A DNA stretch of 64,000 nt from Hydrolagus affinis (taxonomy: Eukaryota). The stretch is from positions 62,001 through 126,000 of the forward strand of contig JAAILG010000051.1 in NCBI GenBank assembly GCA_012026655.1, in the 5' to 3' direction. Shown here in pieces: positions 27,750-39,947 of this stretch; the stretch's first letter is position 1, and the number at the start of each line of letters is the position of its first letter. The notes beneath the pieces are model-generated. The model did no database searches, had not been told where the DNA came from, and saw only the letters and a list, made by a program, of their open reading frames with translations. Position numbers and translations under genes: made by a program.

Positions 27750-28050
27750 TAGACTTTTTTAAGGATGAAAGTAAATTTATTGACAAGGGCTATCTAGTTG
27801 GTAAAATAATGTACTTGCATTTTTAAAAGGCATTTGATAAAATTGCACAATTCAGATTCATAAAGAAGATTAAGGCATTTTAGAATTAATGGCAAGTTAG
27901 ATAATTGGATTGAAAAACGGTTTTATCAGTAGAAAGTAGAAGTTGATGATAAATGGAAAAGGTAGGCTTCAGGCAATGATTAGTGGAGTTTCCCAGGGAT
28001 TTATTCTTGGTTCCCTGCTGTTAACAGTGTTCACAAATGACATGGAGGAG
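27750..28050 (+). mobile_element. Old degraded CR1 RT fragment
   Basis: tacttgcatttttaaaaggcatttgataaa (YLxFxKAFDK) and agtggagtttcccaggga...cttggttccctgctgtt (SGVPQGxxLGPLL-like), with frameshifts. Confidence 0.6.
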
Positions 28051-28976
28051 GGAATTTCTTGTAATGGAACTTCATGCAATACTACATGTCCAGCTGAATG
28101 ATTTGGTGAGGGAAACCTGATTTATACTGCACTCATTTCCCCAGAGCTAAACAGAATACATTGACAGGCTGGCTCATAACGGTAAAATTTGTAAACTACT
28201 CAGGAACTTTGGAACATTTTTAAGTTTAGAAATTAGAATCAATTGCAGTAAAAAAAAAAGTTTATATCATAGCTGTTGACGTCAGCTCATATCTGAACTG
28301 CCACATGAAGTGGCTTTAGGAGTGAGTTTCAAAATTGAATTGAAGGCATCATAACTGGATTTATTCTGCACTTTTAGCATTGTTTTGATGCAGAAACCAG
28401 AAGGAAACATGCATGATGGCCCAAAATGGCCTTTTCTTATTTCATGCTTTCATGCTTTCTTCTATTATAATGGGAATCTTGGAACAGATATAGTGTGTTA
28501 TTATCTTTCTCAAGACTTTTTCTCCTGGTTCAGATGAAAAGTAGGTCCTGGTCAAAGAACAGCCTGTTTATAGGCATCAAAATGCATTATTAAATCTTGT
28601 GAAGAAATGTTCTGCCAACCAATAGTGAACGCATCAATTCAAAATGTAATAAACACAAATGCCTCACCTTGGATCCTAGTTTCACTTTTAAACGTAACAT
28701 TTCACTTTCAGAATTTGATATCCATCATCCAGCAATTAACTTTTCTTTCTGACTTGCATAATATTTATTAATGATCTTAGTTTTTGTAAATAAAAAATAC
28801 TCCCATGTTTAAGGGACTCAAAAATTTGACACCCCCTCTTTCCTGGATGGTGATGTATAAAATGAAATTTGGCCTTGCTTCTAATAATTTGATCATGATG
28901 GTCATAATCATGAATATTCTGTTCTTCATTACCAATTTAGGTCATTTTTTATATTCTTCTGTCTGTGTCTAATGAT

Positions 28977-29080
28977 TAATAATAGTAATCCTTGCATTTG
29001 ATATATCGCTTTCCACATCTTTTAGACGTTTCAAAGCTTCACAGAATATACTATAAAGTGAATTGACTGTGTATATGTGG
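28977..29080 (-). mobile_element. tRNA-SINE family A 3' fragment
   Basis: Reverse complement of the family A 3' end. Confidence 0.8.
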
Positions 29081-29204
29081 ACACCACAACACAGATCAGT
29101 CTCTGATTCTGGTCTTTCCAAGGGAGATTTACAAAGAATACAAAACACGGAACCAAGCCACTCTGCCAACCAATCTGTGCCTGTGTTTATATTGCACACA
29201 AGTC

Positions 29205-29423
29205 ATTCTTTATTCCACACGCCTGACAACAATCCCTCGAAAAAACGATAATAAATAAGTAATTTCAATCCATGACTGTTTCTGGGACACTGCTGTGCAC
29301 AATTGGCTGCCATGTTTCGCCCACATATGTACACTCAATTCATTTTACAGTATATTCTGTGAAGCGCTCCAGGATGTCTAGAAGATGTGAAAAGTGCTAT
29401 TTCAAATGCAAGGATTATTATTA
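29205..29423 (+). mobile_element. tRNA-SINE family A, head-truncated
   Basis: tccacacgcc...atttcaatccatgactgtttctgggacactgc...caaatgcaaggattattatta. Confidence 0.82.
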
Positions 29424-30132
29424 GTAGTAATGTTATTATCCTCTCTGTTACCCTTCTGTTCCCCATTCTCTTATGCGAAAGTCTAGCTTCCTCTTGCATA
29501 TATCTACACTAACTGATTCAACCATCACTCAGGGTTCCACAAATCTCAATCTGCAAAAAGTAGTTCCTGCTAAATTCTCTTCCAGATGCCCTAGTTGCTA
29601 CTTTATATTTGTGTTCCCTGGTTATGGACTTCTCAACCAATGGAAACTACCTATTGATGTTAACCGAAACAAACCATTTTGTAATTTCAAACGCTTCTAT
29701 TAAATGTCTATTTAAGCAAAACAGGTCTAACCAATCCAATCTGCTAACAGTAACCTGCCAGCCCTGATATCATCTTCATATACCTATGTTTACTCATTCC
29801 ATTGCTACTATATCTTTCTTATATTGTAGAGATGACTAGATTTGGACATAATACTCCAAATATGGTCTACATTTTGCATAAATTCAACATCATCATTTCA
29901 CTTTTTATATTCTATTGCAGTGATGAATTAACTGATCAACATGAGAACACCCAGCATTGCTTAAAATGTTTTGTTTAAGTCTAATCATGCTGGTATGTTT
30001 CATAGGATTTCCAGGTTTAGTATATTGCAACATTAATATTAAAGTAATTATCATTAACAGTAACGGTGACCGGATTGCCTGCAATATGAGGATGTCATGA
30101 TTTTTTTTTAAATGTGCTTATCTTTCCTCCAG

Positions 30133-30221
30133 GTATCTGTGGTCAATGAGCTGGATATGCAAGTGGTTGTTTCAAACGTTCCCCCTACTCTGGTGGAAGA
30201 GAACAAAGATCAGCTTATCAA
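30133..30221 (+). CDS. PCDH15: PCDH15 exon, EC11 end and MAD12 start (89 nt; [29 protein letters not shown])
   Basis: ctccag|GTATCT...ATCAA|gtaatg. Matches recalled [22 protein letters not shown]; phase 0-2. Confidence 0.94.
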
Positions 30222-30990
30222 GTAATGCATGCATGAATATTCACACTTTAAGACACAGTTTTAATAAAAATATGATCTCCCTTTTGAATTCACTTTGACA
30301 CACTCATTGCTTTTTTAAGTCTGCAAAATGCAGATTAAGGTAATGTGTAAAAATGTGCACAAAATGTACTGACTTTGCTTTGTTCATGCTTCTTTTTCAA
30401 TGACGTGGATATGCATCTCTTAATAAAGTACAGAGATAGTCACATGTTATTCACTGGAAGTGACGAATTACCGTGATCAAAATAAATCTTTGCTTACATC
30501 ACAAATTAATGAACTAAGTTATATATGAAAACATGCTAATGATTGATCTGGCTTTTCAAAGATTGTTTGATCCATTTAAGAAACACGGTTTATGCAGTTA
30601 AATTAGGATTTTAAATCTTGAATGACCACTGGTTAACTTGTGAAGCTTGCACTAGATTCTTTAACTGGGATCCTATATTTGAATCTCGTGCTAAATTGGC
30701 ATCTACATTGTGCTGGATGTGGCAGTCATTGATTGGATAGGTTACTTTGGAATGTGTGTACCTTGGAAATACGTCATTTTGTGGAGAGGAGGGAAAACGT
30801 AATCAGAATTGAAGCCAAAGCCATTCTATCCAAACAGCATGATCCATCTCATTAAATTTTCTAGTGCATTCATAAATTAATTGAAGCTACATGCTTGAAA
30901 CCAGATCAAATGGAGTTAAATAAAAACAAAAGTTGCTGGGAAAATACAGTAGGTCAGGCAGCATCTATGGAGAGAGGAATGTGAGTTAAT

Positions 30991-31044
30991 TGGGACGTCC
31001 TCCTGACGTGAAAGGCGCACTATAAATGTAATTTTGTTGTTGTT
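30991..31044 (+). mobile_element. Very short L2 3' tail insertion
   Basis: tgggacgtcctcctgacgtgaaaggcgcactataaatgtaattttgttgttgtt flanked by gttaat direct repeats (30985-30990, 31045-31050). Confidence 0.8.
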
Positions 31045-31909
31045 GTTAATGTTTGAGGCCAGTGCCAGTTCTAACAATTTCCAACATCTGCAGTACTTTG
31101 CCTTCAGTAGGTGTGAAGTGCTATTAATTTTTTCGCTTGAAAGATGCCACAGATAAATTTATGGCATTTACTAATGTAAAAGTCGATTATTCCAATCATT
31201 TTAACGATCATTTTAAACCAGTTTATAAATGTTACTAGTGATAACGGTATAGGTACTTTGTATGTAAACCCTTGGAACAGTTGAATTGATGTTAAATCAC
31301 TTCTAAATAGTCAAGACCGCATATTTTTAACCAATAAAAGAGGTCATTTTTCACGAATGCCTACAATTGATCGTAAATTAAACCTTTGCAACATTTTAAG
31401 CACACTTCAACTGGTGTAATCCATCAACTAAAATGCACCTAAATTATGCAGTAAATGATGGCTTATTTGGCATGAAAAGCATTCTGAGAAAGGACAACTG
31501 ATAAGCAGAACACAGCCGTATTCTTAATGTAGTACAAAAGCTTGTGTGTATATAATGAAGTGGTTAGCGTATACTTGACAATATACCTTTTAGTCTCAAT
31601 TTTCAAACGGATATAACTTAAAAATTCAATTGTTAAGTCAAATCATTAAACATGCATATAAAGAATTAGACCTTTTTTTTCAACATACTGTTGGGTCATC
31701 TTCATCCCATCCCACCCCCACTCCCCCCCACCCCCTCCCTGTCCCCCGTCCCCTGTCCCCACTCTGCTCAATGCCACCAATCCCAGCTCACGGTCTCAAG
31801 TCAGTTCTGAGAAGTCCTCCCAAAATGAACAGCTTTACTGCATATCAATGTGATTGATTGTTGTTGGATCAAGCAACTCAGTATATTTTGTTAAATTGTT
31901 CATCCATAG

Positions 31910-32086
31910 AATTTTGGAACGTTATGTACAAGATCAGATTCCAGGTGCAACAGTGGTAGTGGAATCCATAGGACCTCGTAAGCATGGAGATGGCTTTCAA
32001 GAAGAGGACTATTCTAAATCGGACCTGATGGTTTATGCCATTGACCCTTTGACGAATCGAGCCATATCACGGAATGAGCTTTTCAA
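31910..32086 (+). CDS. PCDH15: PCDH15 exon, MAD12/PICA (177 nt; [27 protein letters not shown]...[19 protein letters not shown])
   Basis: ccatag|AATT...TTCAA|gtaagg; phase 2-2; strong similarity to recalled PCDH15. Confidence 0.96.
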
Positions 32087-32985
32087 GTAAGGGTCTCAAG
32101 GGTTCTATATAAATCCAATAAACACACTTTTGTAGTGAATTTTTTCAGTATTTTATTCAGGATCAGCGTGCTCTTTCGACCATTTAATGCTGCATTGTTA
32201 TCACAAGGGCCTTTAAATATAAAGGGTAATGTTACCTCAGTTGTGGAAACTTCCTTCTATAATTTACACAACTCACAAAGTAGACTGCATTGTGAACATG
32301 ACAGTCAAATTAGTAAGTCTTTTTTGTCAGAGCAGAATGCATTTTTGGAACTTAGTTAATGTTTTATGTATTTTTGTCGGATATAAATTTTTAAAAATAT
32401 ACTATATGCAAAATGTGGTGGTCCATTTCAGCATAAAACAAATTAGATTTTTCTCCTGATTTGAAAGTTTCTCAGCAATTGTGTGCAGGCTGACAAGAAC
32501 CTTGTGTTACATTGTTCAGTGTCACAGGTTGTTGCTGCAAATAAATGCACAACAAAATAAATGCACAACACAATTTCAATACTGTTGTTAAAATATAAGT
32601 GAAAGAAATCACATATTGTGCAGATATATGGTTGTCCAGAAACAATGTTATTTTAATATTAGTTCAGATTGATTTGAGATTGATTCTGTTCCTAAGAAAG
32701 AGTAGATTGTAAATTGCGCAATTATGCAAACAATGTGAAGTACCAAATGTTTGCATGTGCATTTGATGGGGAGAATGCATATTTTGATGAATTGGGCTCT
32801 TTTCAAATCTAAATCTAATCTAATTTTCTAGCTTTTTTTTTATAAATCACACTAGATGTAAATCATTTCAAATTCATTTTAGAGAGTTGATGTTATGAAA
32901 TTGGATTTTAGTGTTTGTGTTGAAAGCATAATTTTTGTTTTAGGCAAAACATTGCTTAATGCTGTCATAAAAGTAATTTCTCTCA

Positions 32986-33358
32986 GGAATTGAGTGATGC
33001 AGGGGCGAGAGCACTATCCTTCTCCACTCTGGGGATCGAGGTTTGAATCCAACAAAGACTGACGAGATGTATACCTCCCCTGTCAGTTGGGTTTGATCCT
33101 GTGTGACATGAGTTTGGGCATTTTCATCCCAGTTCATTCTAACCGTAGATTTAGAGCATTAACTGACTCCTATTTGTCATTAAACTGTCAATCTTACTCA
33201 AAATAAGGTTGGCTGATGTGGAAAGTTGAAATTTCTGTTGCAAGATTATTGCTCTTCGGATAGTAAAATGTTTGAGTCCTTGGGTGGCTGACTGTAACCA
33301 GACTTGGAAAAGGGTGATGCTGACCCTGGGTACCTCAAATGGGGAAAACGAGGAAAAG
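32986..33358 (+). mobile_element. Ancient tRNA-derived SINE (LF-SINE-like)
   Basis: B-box-like ggtttgaatcc, followed by cctgtgtgacatgagtttggg...cccagttc, reminiscent of the LF-SINE body as recalled. Confidence 0.45.
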
Positions 33359-33685
33359 TTTCACAGAAAACAACTTTTAGGAAAAGCTATAATTGTCAGA
33401 AATGTTCTGGTAATGTCAGTAATGAAATCTGGTAATGAATAAAACAGTACAGCATCAGCAAAAATAAACAGTATTTTGCAATAAGCATTCTTGTCCCTGT
33501 TAAATAATAGTTTGGGGAAGTAAACATGTTTTACCGATTATCCAGCTTTTGCCACAATTTTATAAAAAGCTAACACACAGAAATAAAAATACTCGTGATG
33601 TAGTGAGCTAGTTGTTATGGCTTGGTACAGCTGTAAATTATACTTTAGCTTTACCAATAAAGTACATAACCTGTATTATTCCATC

Positions 33686-33798
33686 AATAATATAATAATC
33701 CTTGATTTGCCATAACATGTATCATATGGCCAAAACGCCTCAAAGCTCTTCACAAGATTTACTGTGAAATATAGTGACTGTATATTTGTGTAGGTGAA
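33686..33798 (-). mobile_element. Diverged tRNA-SINE family A 3' fragment
   Basis: ataataatccttgatttg...ctcaaagctcttcaca...gactgtatatttgtg. Confidence 0.65.
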
Positions 33799-33899
33799 TA
33801 GTACATGAATAGCAATACCACAAATTAGGTTTTTAGTGGGACACATAATTTTGCCTTTAAAATATGTTTTTTAATGTTGTGCGTTTATAATTACTAAAG

Positions 33900-34118
33900 A
33901 TTTCTGGATGGCAAACTTCTTGACATTAACAAAGAATTTCAGCCGTACTTGGGACAAGGAGGGCGTATTCTGGAAATTCGAACTCCAGATGTGGTGTCAA
34001 ATGTAAAGAAGCAGGCGCAAGCAGTGGGTTACACAGAAGGAGCTCTGCTTGCACTCGCTATCATTATCATCCTCTGCTGTTTACCTGCTATTCTGATAGT
34101 CATGGTCACCTACAAACA
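33900..34118 (+). CDS. PCDH15: PCDH15 exon, MAD12 end and transmembrane helix (219 nt; [16 protein letters not shown]...[31 protein letters not shown])
   Basis: ctaaag|ATTT...AAACA|gtgagt. Hydrophobic helix follows GYTEG; phase 2-2. Missing from the ORF track. Confidence 0.96.
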
Positions 34119-34929
34119 GTGAGTACAGAACTGAAGTAAAAATGCACGTGAGCCTTTATGTTGTATCTTCCACTACTCAAACAAAGTTTGAATGTTCTGC
34201 ATTCATGTTCCAGTCTTATACCCTGTGTTCATTTGGCATCTCCATATTTTTCTAAAATGCCCTCCCACTAACCCCCCCACCCACCCATGCCCGCCCCAAC
34301 CCCATTAATATCTGATGTTCTCGAAAAGAATGTCCCTGCCTAACCACACAAAGAAACTCCAGCAAAAGAAACATAAGCTAAATGTTTTCACCTTCACTCT
34401 CCTCTGTGATCAGTCAGCAGAGGGAGAACTCAGACAAATGAGTCAGTTATTCAGTGACCAGTGCAGTTCTCAACATTACCTTGAGGGCTGACAGAACCCA
34501 CTAGGTATGAGCCGGTGATGGAATGGCAAGTGCACTGTAAATTGAACTCATAATCCTTTCATTTGTGGTCAAGAGCAGCATCTAAATTGTTTATTTCATT
34601 CCTCATATTCTGCGATTGTTGGCACAGTGCTGTGCGAAAGGCATTGTTGTACATGACAATTGGCATATCCATGTTTTGAGCATGTTTTGTTTTCTATGGT
34701 ATTTAAAGATGCATACATCAGAGTTGAAGAATAATTTATTCAGACATCCAGATATGATGTTGAAACATGCAACTAAATGACAATGCAATCTTCATTATAG
34801 ATTTTAAAAGTTGCACTTAGTAGTTTGTGTTCGAAATATATACCTAGCAAGCAGAACTTGAAGCTCAAGCAAAGCAGTTTTACCAAATTATAATAATATG
34901 TTCTTTCTTTTTTTCCTGCATTAAATCAG

Positions 34930-34938
34930 ATTTAAGGA
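34930..34938 (+). CDS. PCDH15: PCDH15 9-nt microexon (QFKE across junctions)
   Basis: Long polypyrimidine tract, then cag|ATTTAAGGA|gtaagt. Gives YKQFKERQAEC, compared with mammalian YRQFKVRQAEC. Confidence 0.88.
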
Positions 34939-35002
34939 GTAAGTATAATTTTTTATTTCATAGTTTCCTTTGTAGTTTTTACTGCATGTTCTTTCAATTG
35001 TG

Positions 35003-35064
35003 TATATTCTTGATTGCATATCACCATTGATAATATATTCTTAATTGCATATCACCTTTGACAA
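35003..35064. repeat. 31-bp tandem duplication (2 units, 28/31 identical)
   Basis: tatattcttgattgcatatcaccattgataa / tatattcttaattgcatatcacctttgacaa. Confidence 0.85.
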
Positions 35065-35334
35065 TGGTGATTATCCATCAAGAAAGGGGAATATCAACAA
35101 AAGAAAGAAATTATGTTTTGAGGCCACAACCTGTAAGATTATTTTAATACCATTCTACACAACTGCACTTGTGCTATAATGCATAATTTCACATAGATAC
35201 GCATAATTTTATGCTACTTTTACTGAAACTATTTTATTCAAGTGATTAAACAGGACCTCTCCATGAGACATTAAAAAATAGGCTCTTTCCCTTTTAGTAA
35301 TATCCACCAAAGCTACTTTACGATTCACATTATC

Positions 35335-36090
35335 AACAACAAAATTACTTGTTTAGCACCTTTCACATCAGGAGGATGTCCCAAGGCACTGGATAGTCAT
35401 TGTTTCAGATCTGAGCTGGGAATGGGGAGGGTGGAGGGAAAGGGGGGGATTTGGGATGTCAGATGGGACTGTCAAAGGGAAGGGTCTTGAGGCGCGACTT
35501 GAAGGAGGCTAGGGAGGGGGCGAGGCGGAGGGACTGTGGGATGGAGTTCCAAAGGTGAGGGACAGAGTGGCTGAAGACTTGCCCGCCAATGTGGGGCGGG
35601 TAGATCGGGGGACATGGAGGAGGCCGGTGGATAGGGAGAGGTTGATTATGTCAGTTAGGAAGTGGGTGGAACTGGAAGATGAAGAGAGAGGTCGAGATGG
35701 GATCAAGAGAGAAGTTGGTGGGTTTCATTTTTCAGATGAGAGCAGAGAGGCCGGAGGGGGAGATAGGGACAAAGGTGTGTAATAGGGGGTGGGAGGTGGG
35801 TGGATCCTGAGGGAGAGGCAATGGGAAGGTAGACTGGGTAGAGACGGCTGAACGGATACCCTCAATTTTAGATTCAAGGAAGTCCAGCAACTCCGCGCAG
35901 TTGAAGTTGGAGGATGAGGCATGGGAGGGTCGATGGAGGAGACAATTTGTGGTGAAGAGGAACCTAGGTTATCCTTGGCCTCCAAGATTAACTTGGGGGA
36001 CTTGGCGGAAGCAAGGGTGGAGTGGTAGGTCTTAGTGTGATCCAGCCAAATCTGCCGATGTACCATTAGTTTGGATTTGGTCTAGGCGCG
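35335..36090 (-). mobile_element. L2 LINE fragment, internally deleted
   Basis: Tail aacaacaaaattacttgtttagcacctttcac and 3' UTR matching 13815-14200; upstream ORF2-like peptides (LTDIINLSLSTG). Confidence 0.82.
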
Positions 36091-36231
36091 TTCGGCAGCT
36101 CACCCAGGGGGATTTATGGGATTATCAAGTTTGAGATGGAGAAAATTAGAGTTTTTGTCAGAATCAGAAAAGGATGAAGCAGTAATATATTAGGCAATGA
36201 AGCAGTGTTGGTAACCCCAAACTAAGACCCG

Positions 36232-36346
36232 TTTCTCCCACAAATATACAGTCAATTCACTTTACAGTATATTCTGTGAAGCGTTTTGAGATGTCGAAAA
36301 GATGTGAAAAGCGCTATATCAAAATGCAAGAATTATTATTATTATT
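36232..36346 (+). mobile_element. tRNA-SINE family A 3' fragment
   Basis: cccacaaatatacagtcaattcactttacagtatattctgtgaagcg...gcaagaattattattatt. Confidence 0.82.
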
Positions 36347-38148
36347 TAATGAGTTTAATGCCAGAGTCACAGTTCCTGAGGATTCCTTTAAATAGATGAC
36401 TAACTGGCTACAAATATCACTATGGGAAAGATTTACACAGCTCCCAATGTAAATTTGGGATATGCTTGATAAATTTGTTGGATAGCATATCAAGGTTTAT
36501 TCAACGCCAACTTGGTTGGCAAATTGTTTGTAAGCTCCTATTGAATTAGATTCTGTTCCCATTGCCAACCAACTGACTGGATTACTCAATGTCAGGTCAA
36601 AATAAAAATTGGTAAATCACCATGACAAATGCCTGAATCTAGAACCTTAACCATCACTCATGTCAATATTCAACAAATAAGTTTTTTAAAAAATGGATTG
36701 CAGCCAAGAGTCATAAATAAGATGTTCATATCACACCAGGATCATAGCACTTCAGTAGGACCAAATAGAGGACATTTTAAATGGAAAATCAGCCCTGAAA
36801 ATCAATATAGAAGTGTTGCTGAGGCAGGTAATCTTAAAGGGAAAGTTGACACCATTGGTTTCCGAATTGTTATGCTGACCTTATGTGAAACATAACCTGA
36901 TGTGAAGAATGAGGGTAATCAAATACAAAGCTAAATATTCTACGTTTTTTTGATCTAACAGCTTTATCCTCTAACCTGGGCACTATAAAACATGCTTGAT
37001 CTCTTGTAGACAACATATTATGATTCAAGTGTTGTGTTGTGTTCATATTGTAGAATGAACTTATTTGATCACAGTGATTAAGGTTCTCGTACTGCAAACT
37101 TTGCAATGACAAATGTTGTTATGAAATCTCCGATCTCCTGAGGATTCCATTTTCTGTACCATGTCAGTTTCAATGCAGTTCAACCATTATAATTCTTAAA
37201 ATCAAAGGCAATAATAATCACATAAGGTGGACCTGTTCAACCTTGAATAGAGATGTCTCAGGTGGGATCTTCTGGAGGACACTAAATGGGATTGAAAAAG
37301 TAAACCCAGACTAATACTTTGCAAGGCATCAGTTACCAGTTCCAGATGTGTCACTCATAAAAGGAGTATAAATGCTATTTGCAAACACTATGTGTTTCCA
37401 TTGTGTAATATTGTGTGACAGTGATGCTTGATGAATGGTGAGATCACATAACACACATATTGAATTGATGAAGCATATTGGATTTAACATTTGTATAATT
37501 TGCAGGTATGTTTGTCCTACTCACTGATATGGTTGTAGCTTATGTCTCAACTGAGTAACAGCAAGGAATACATTGTGACTTATCTCAGGAGAAATCCTGA
37601 TGTTTCACATTTTTTCAGCTTTCCATTGCACATTAAAGATCATAATCAGTACCTTCCAACCAGTAATGAAATTGTTGTGTGATTGCATAGCTGGCAAGTA
37701 TATTAGATCATTTTCTAGAAACTAGTTCAATGTTTTAAGTATTAAAAAATATCTTGTGGTTTTGCAAAAAGGTAAATTCCTTATTTATCCTAAGTTCTTT
37801 TACAAAATGTGAATGGAGAATGTATGTGAATTGTCTTATACTGTGAAATTCAGCTTAGTTCAAGGTAAATGTGAAATAATTGCTCTTGTTGTAGTTAGAA
37901 ATAGTTAATTATTTTTTGTGTGGAGTTAGTTACCCACTTCTGTAGATAATGGAGGGCAATCTTTATAAAGACCATAAGCATGGATTACATTTGAAATATC
38001 ATTCAAATGCAAAAAGCTCAGTTGTTTGCAAAGACTGAGCAACAGATGTATTTTTTGTAAATAGTCAAAACAAATGAATCGCTGAAATAGAATGAGACAT
38101 GAATTTGCTAATGAAATAGTTCTGATTATCTATTCTGTGTTTGCAAAG

Positions 38149-38259
38149 GCGCCAGGCAGAGTGTGCAAAGACTGCAAGAATCCAGATGGCTTTGCCAGCA
38201 GGCAAATCAACTGGTGGCCCAGCAAATAACCTATATGAAGAGTTGGGCGACAGCACTAT
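38149..38259 (+). CDS. PCDH15: PCDH15 common cytoplasmic exon (111 nt; RQAECAKTARIQMALPAGKSTGGPANNLYEELGDST)
   Basis: gcaaag|GCGC...ACTAT|gtaagt. RQAEC.KTARIQ and LYEELGD are conserved; phase 2-2. Confidence 0.95.
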
Positions 38260-39526
38260 GTAAGTTTTTACCATAGGAAATCTTTGTTGCAGACCAGTAA
38301 GTGAACTGTCTATTCTAATTTGGTGCATTTAATAACTATCATCTTTATTCATTTTTAGTGTTGGGTTTTTGACTTAGTTTTCAACTTTCAATTTTTCAAT
38401 GTTCAATTTTCAACTTGCCAACATAAATTTTTACATTTGTCATTTTGCAAAGATTGATTCTAATAAGTGAGAAACAGTCACAGCAATATTTAAGCCACTA
38501 TCATCGACAGAACCAGTGAATTCAACATGTTTTAGGGTGCTGTGTTCACTATATATTTTACCACGTAGATGGTTTTACACCGCTTGGTCAGTATCAATCA
38601 TGGGAATTGATCGTGTAAGATCTATTGTGGAAGATAATGTGAGGAAAACCTTTTGCAGCTGCTGAAAATTGAGTTCTAAATGTGTTGAACGTTCAGCTGT
38701 TCACCCGCTGAAAAATGATTCTTCTGTCTGCAGAATTTAATAGACTCCATTACTGCTGCTCCTATAGAAATAGAAATTTCCCATAAAACCATGTTTTAAC
38801 ACTGGCATGTACACTGAGGAAGTTGATTATTTTGTTCCCCACTCACATAACGTGTGCATCTAATATGTACCTTCAGAGATATTTAATGTCTCATCTGGGT
38901 CCTTAATATCTCACTCAACAGTCCAAATGGTCATCATACTGATTATGGAATATCTGATATTTATTTGGAATATTTCATATAACAAACTCTTCTACCTTGT
39001 CAGAAACCTGAATTAACTGAGGCTTTGATCTAAAACTTTGATGAGATGAAAATGGGAAAAATATTTTCGGATTTCAGAGCACTAGTGAAAAACTACTTTA
39101 AAGAATCCTCCAGTTTACACTATTCTGATTTCAAAAAGCTTGAATTATATTTACCACACGACCTATGCTAAAACTATTGTAATTGGATGTAACAATCAAT
39201 CCGGTCTCTTTCCCCCTCACAATAATGAATACTGTTCAGTAGGATTAGCTGAGATTTTGACAAGTTGCAGAATGGAGTTCAGAATCTAATGTTTTTTTTT
39301 TCCCATTAACACGTCTTATCAAACTCTTGTCTGCCTCTTAACATTTGATATTTAGATAGCTTTCTGTGAAGGATTTACTCAGCAATGATTGTTGTATCTT
39401 CTACATTTGCTCATTTTCAACTTGACTTCTGGTCTTGATTAACTCGCTTCCATAACAATGTTTATTTCTTACCCATTCGTTGTATACCACCTCCGTTACT
39501 CTCCCACTCTCGACTCAATGTTTTAG

Positions 39527-39532
39527 GTATCA
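39527..39532 (+). CDS. PCDH15: PCDH15 6-nt microexon (GTATCA)
   Basis: Pyrimidine-rich tract, then ttttag|GTATCA|gtaagt. Yields GDSTMYHLFLLYHF, paralleling recalled mammalian GDSSMHNLFLLYHF. Confidence 0.75.
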
Positions 39533-39947
39533 GTAAGTAGCCTGAATTTCTGTTGTGAGTGTGCGAAAACCAAAACTTTTTTCGATAGCTTAGTGAAACA
39601 AATGTAGTATCCAACCAGCTATGTGGTACCTTTAAACATTTTGTGTATAGTTATATTTATGGTGAATGCTGTAGAGCTGCAAGTATTTAGATAGTATTGC
39701 AACCATACATATTGACAACCTTACCCTCATTATTACAAACCAGCAAAGTTGATCTTAGACATTTGACCTCCTGTCTGACTGTAATGGAGCTTTGACCTGT
39801 ATCAGGGAAAATGTTTCCTTCCAGAGGTTTGTAACAGCTATTTTTGTAATAATGAGGTTGCCTTGTACAAACAGCTTTAGATTAGATTTGTAGATATTGA
39901 TGTCCTTGCATGTTTCCTTACACCTGATTATCTTCTTTTCTTTCAAG

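Noticed and set aside
30915-31105. Penelope-associated terminal repeat that might hold a minimal hammerhead ribozyme
   Set aside because: The resemblance is from memory only; it is interrupted by an L2 tail and no CTGANGA/GAAA core is visible.
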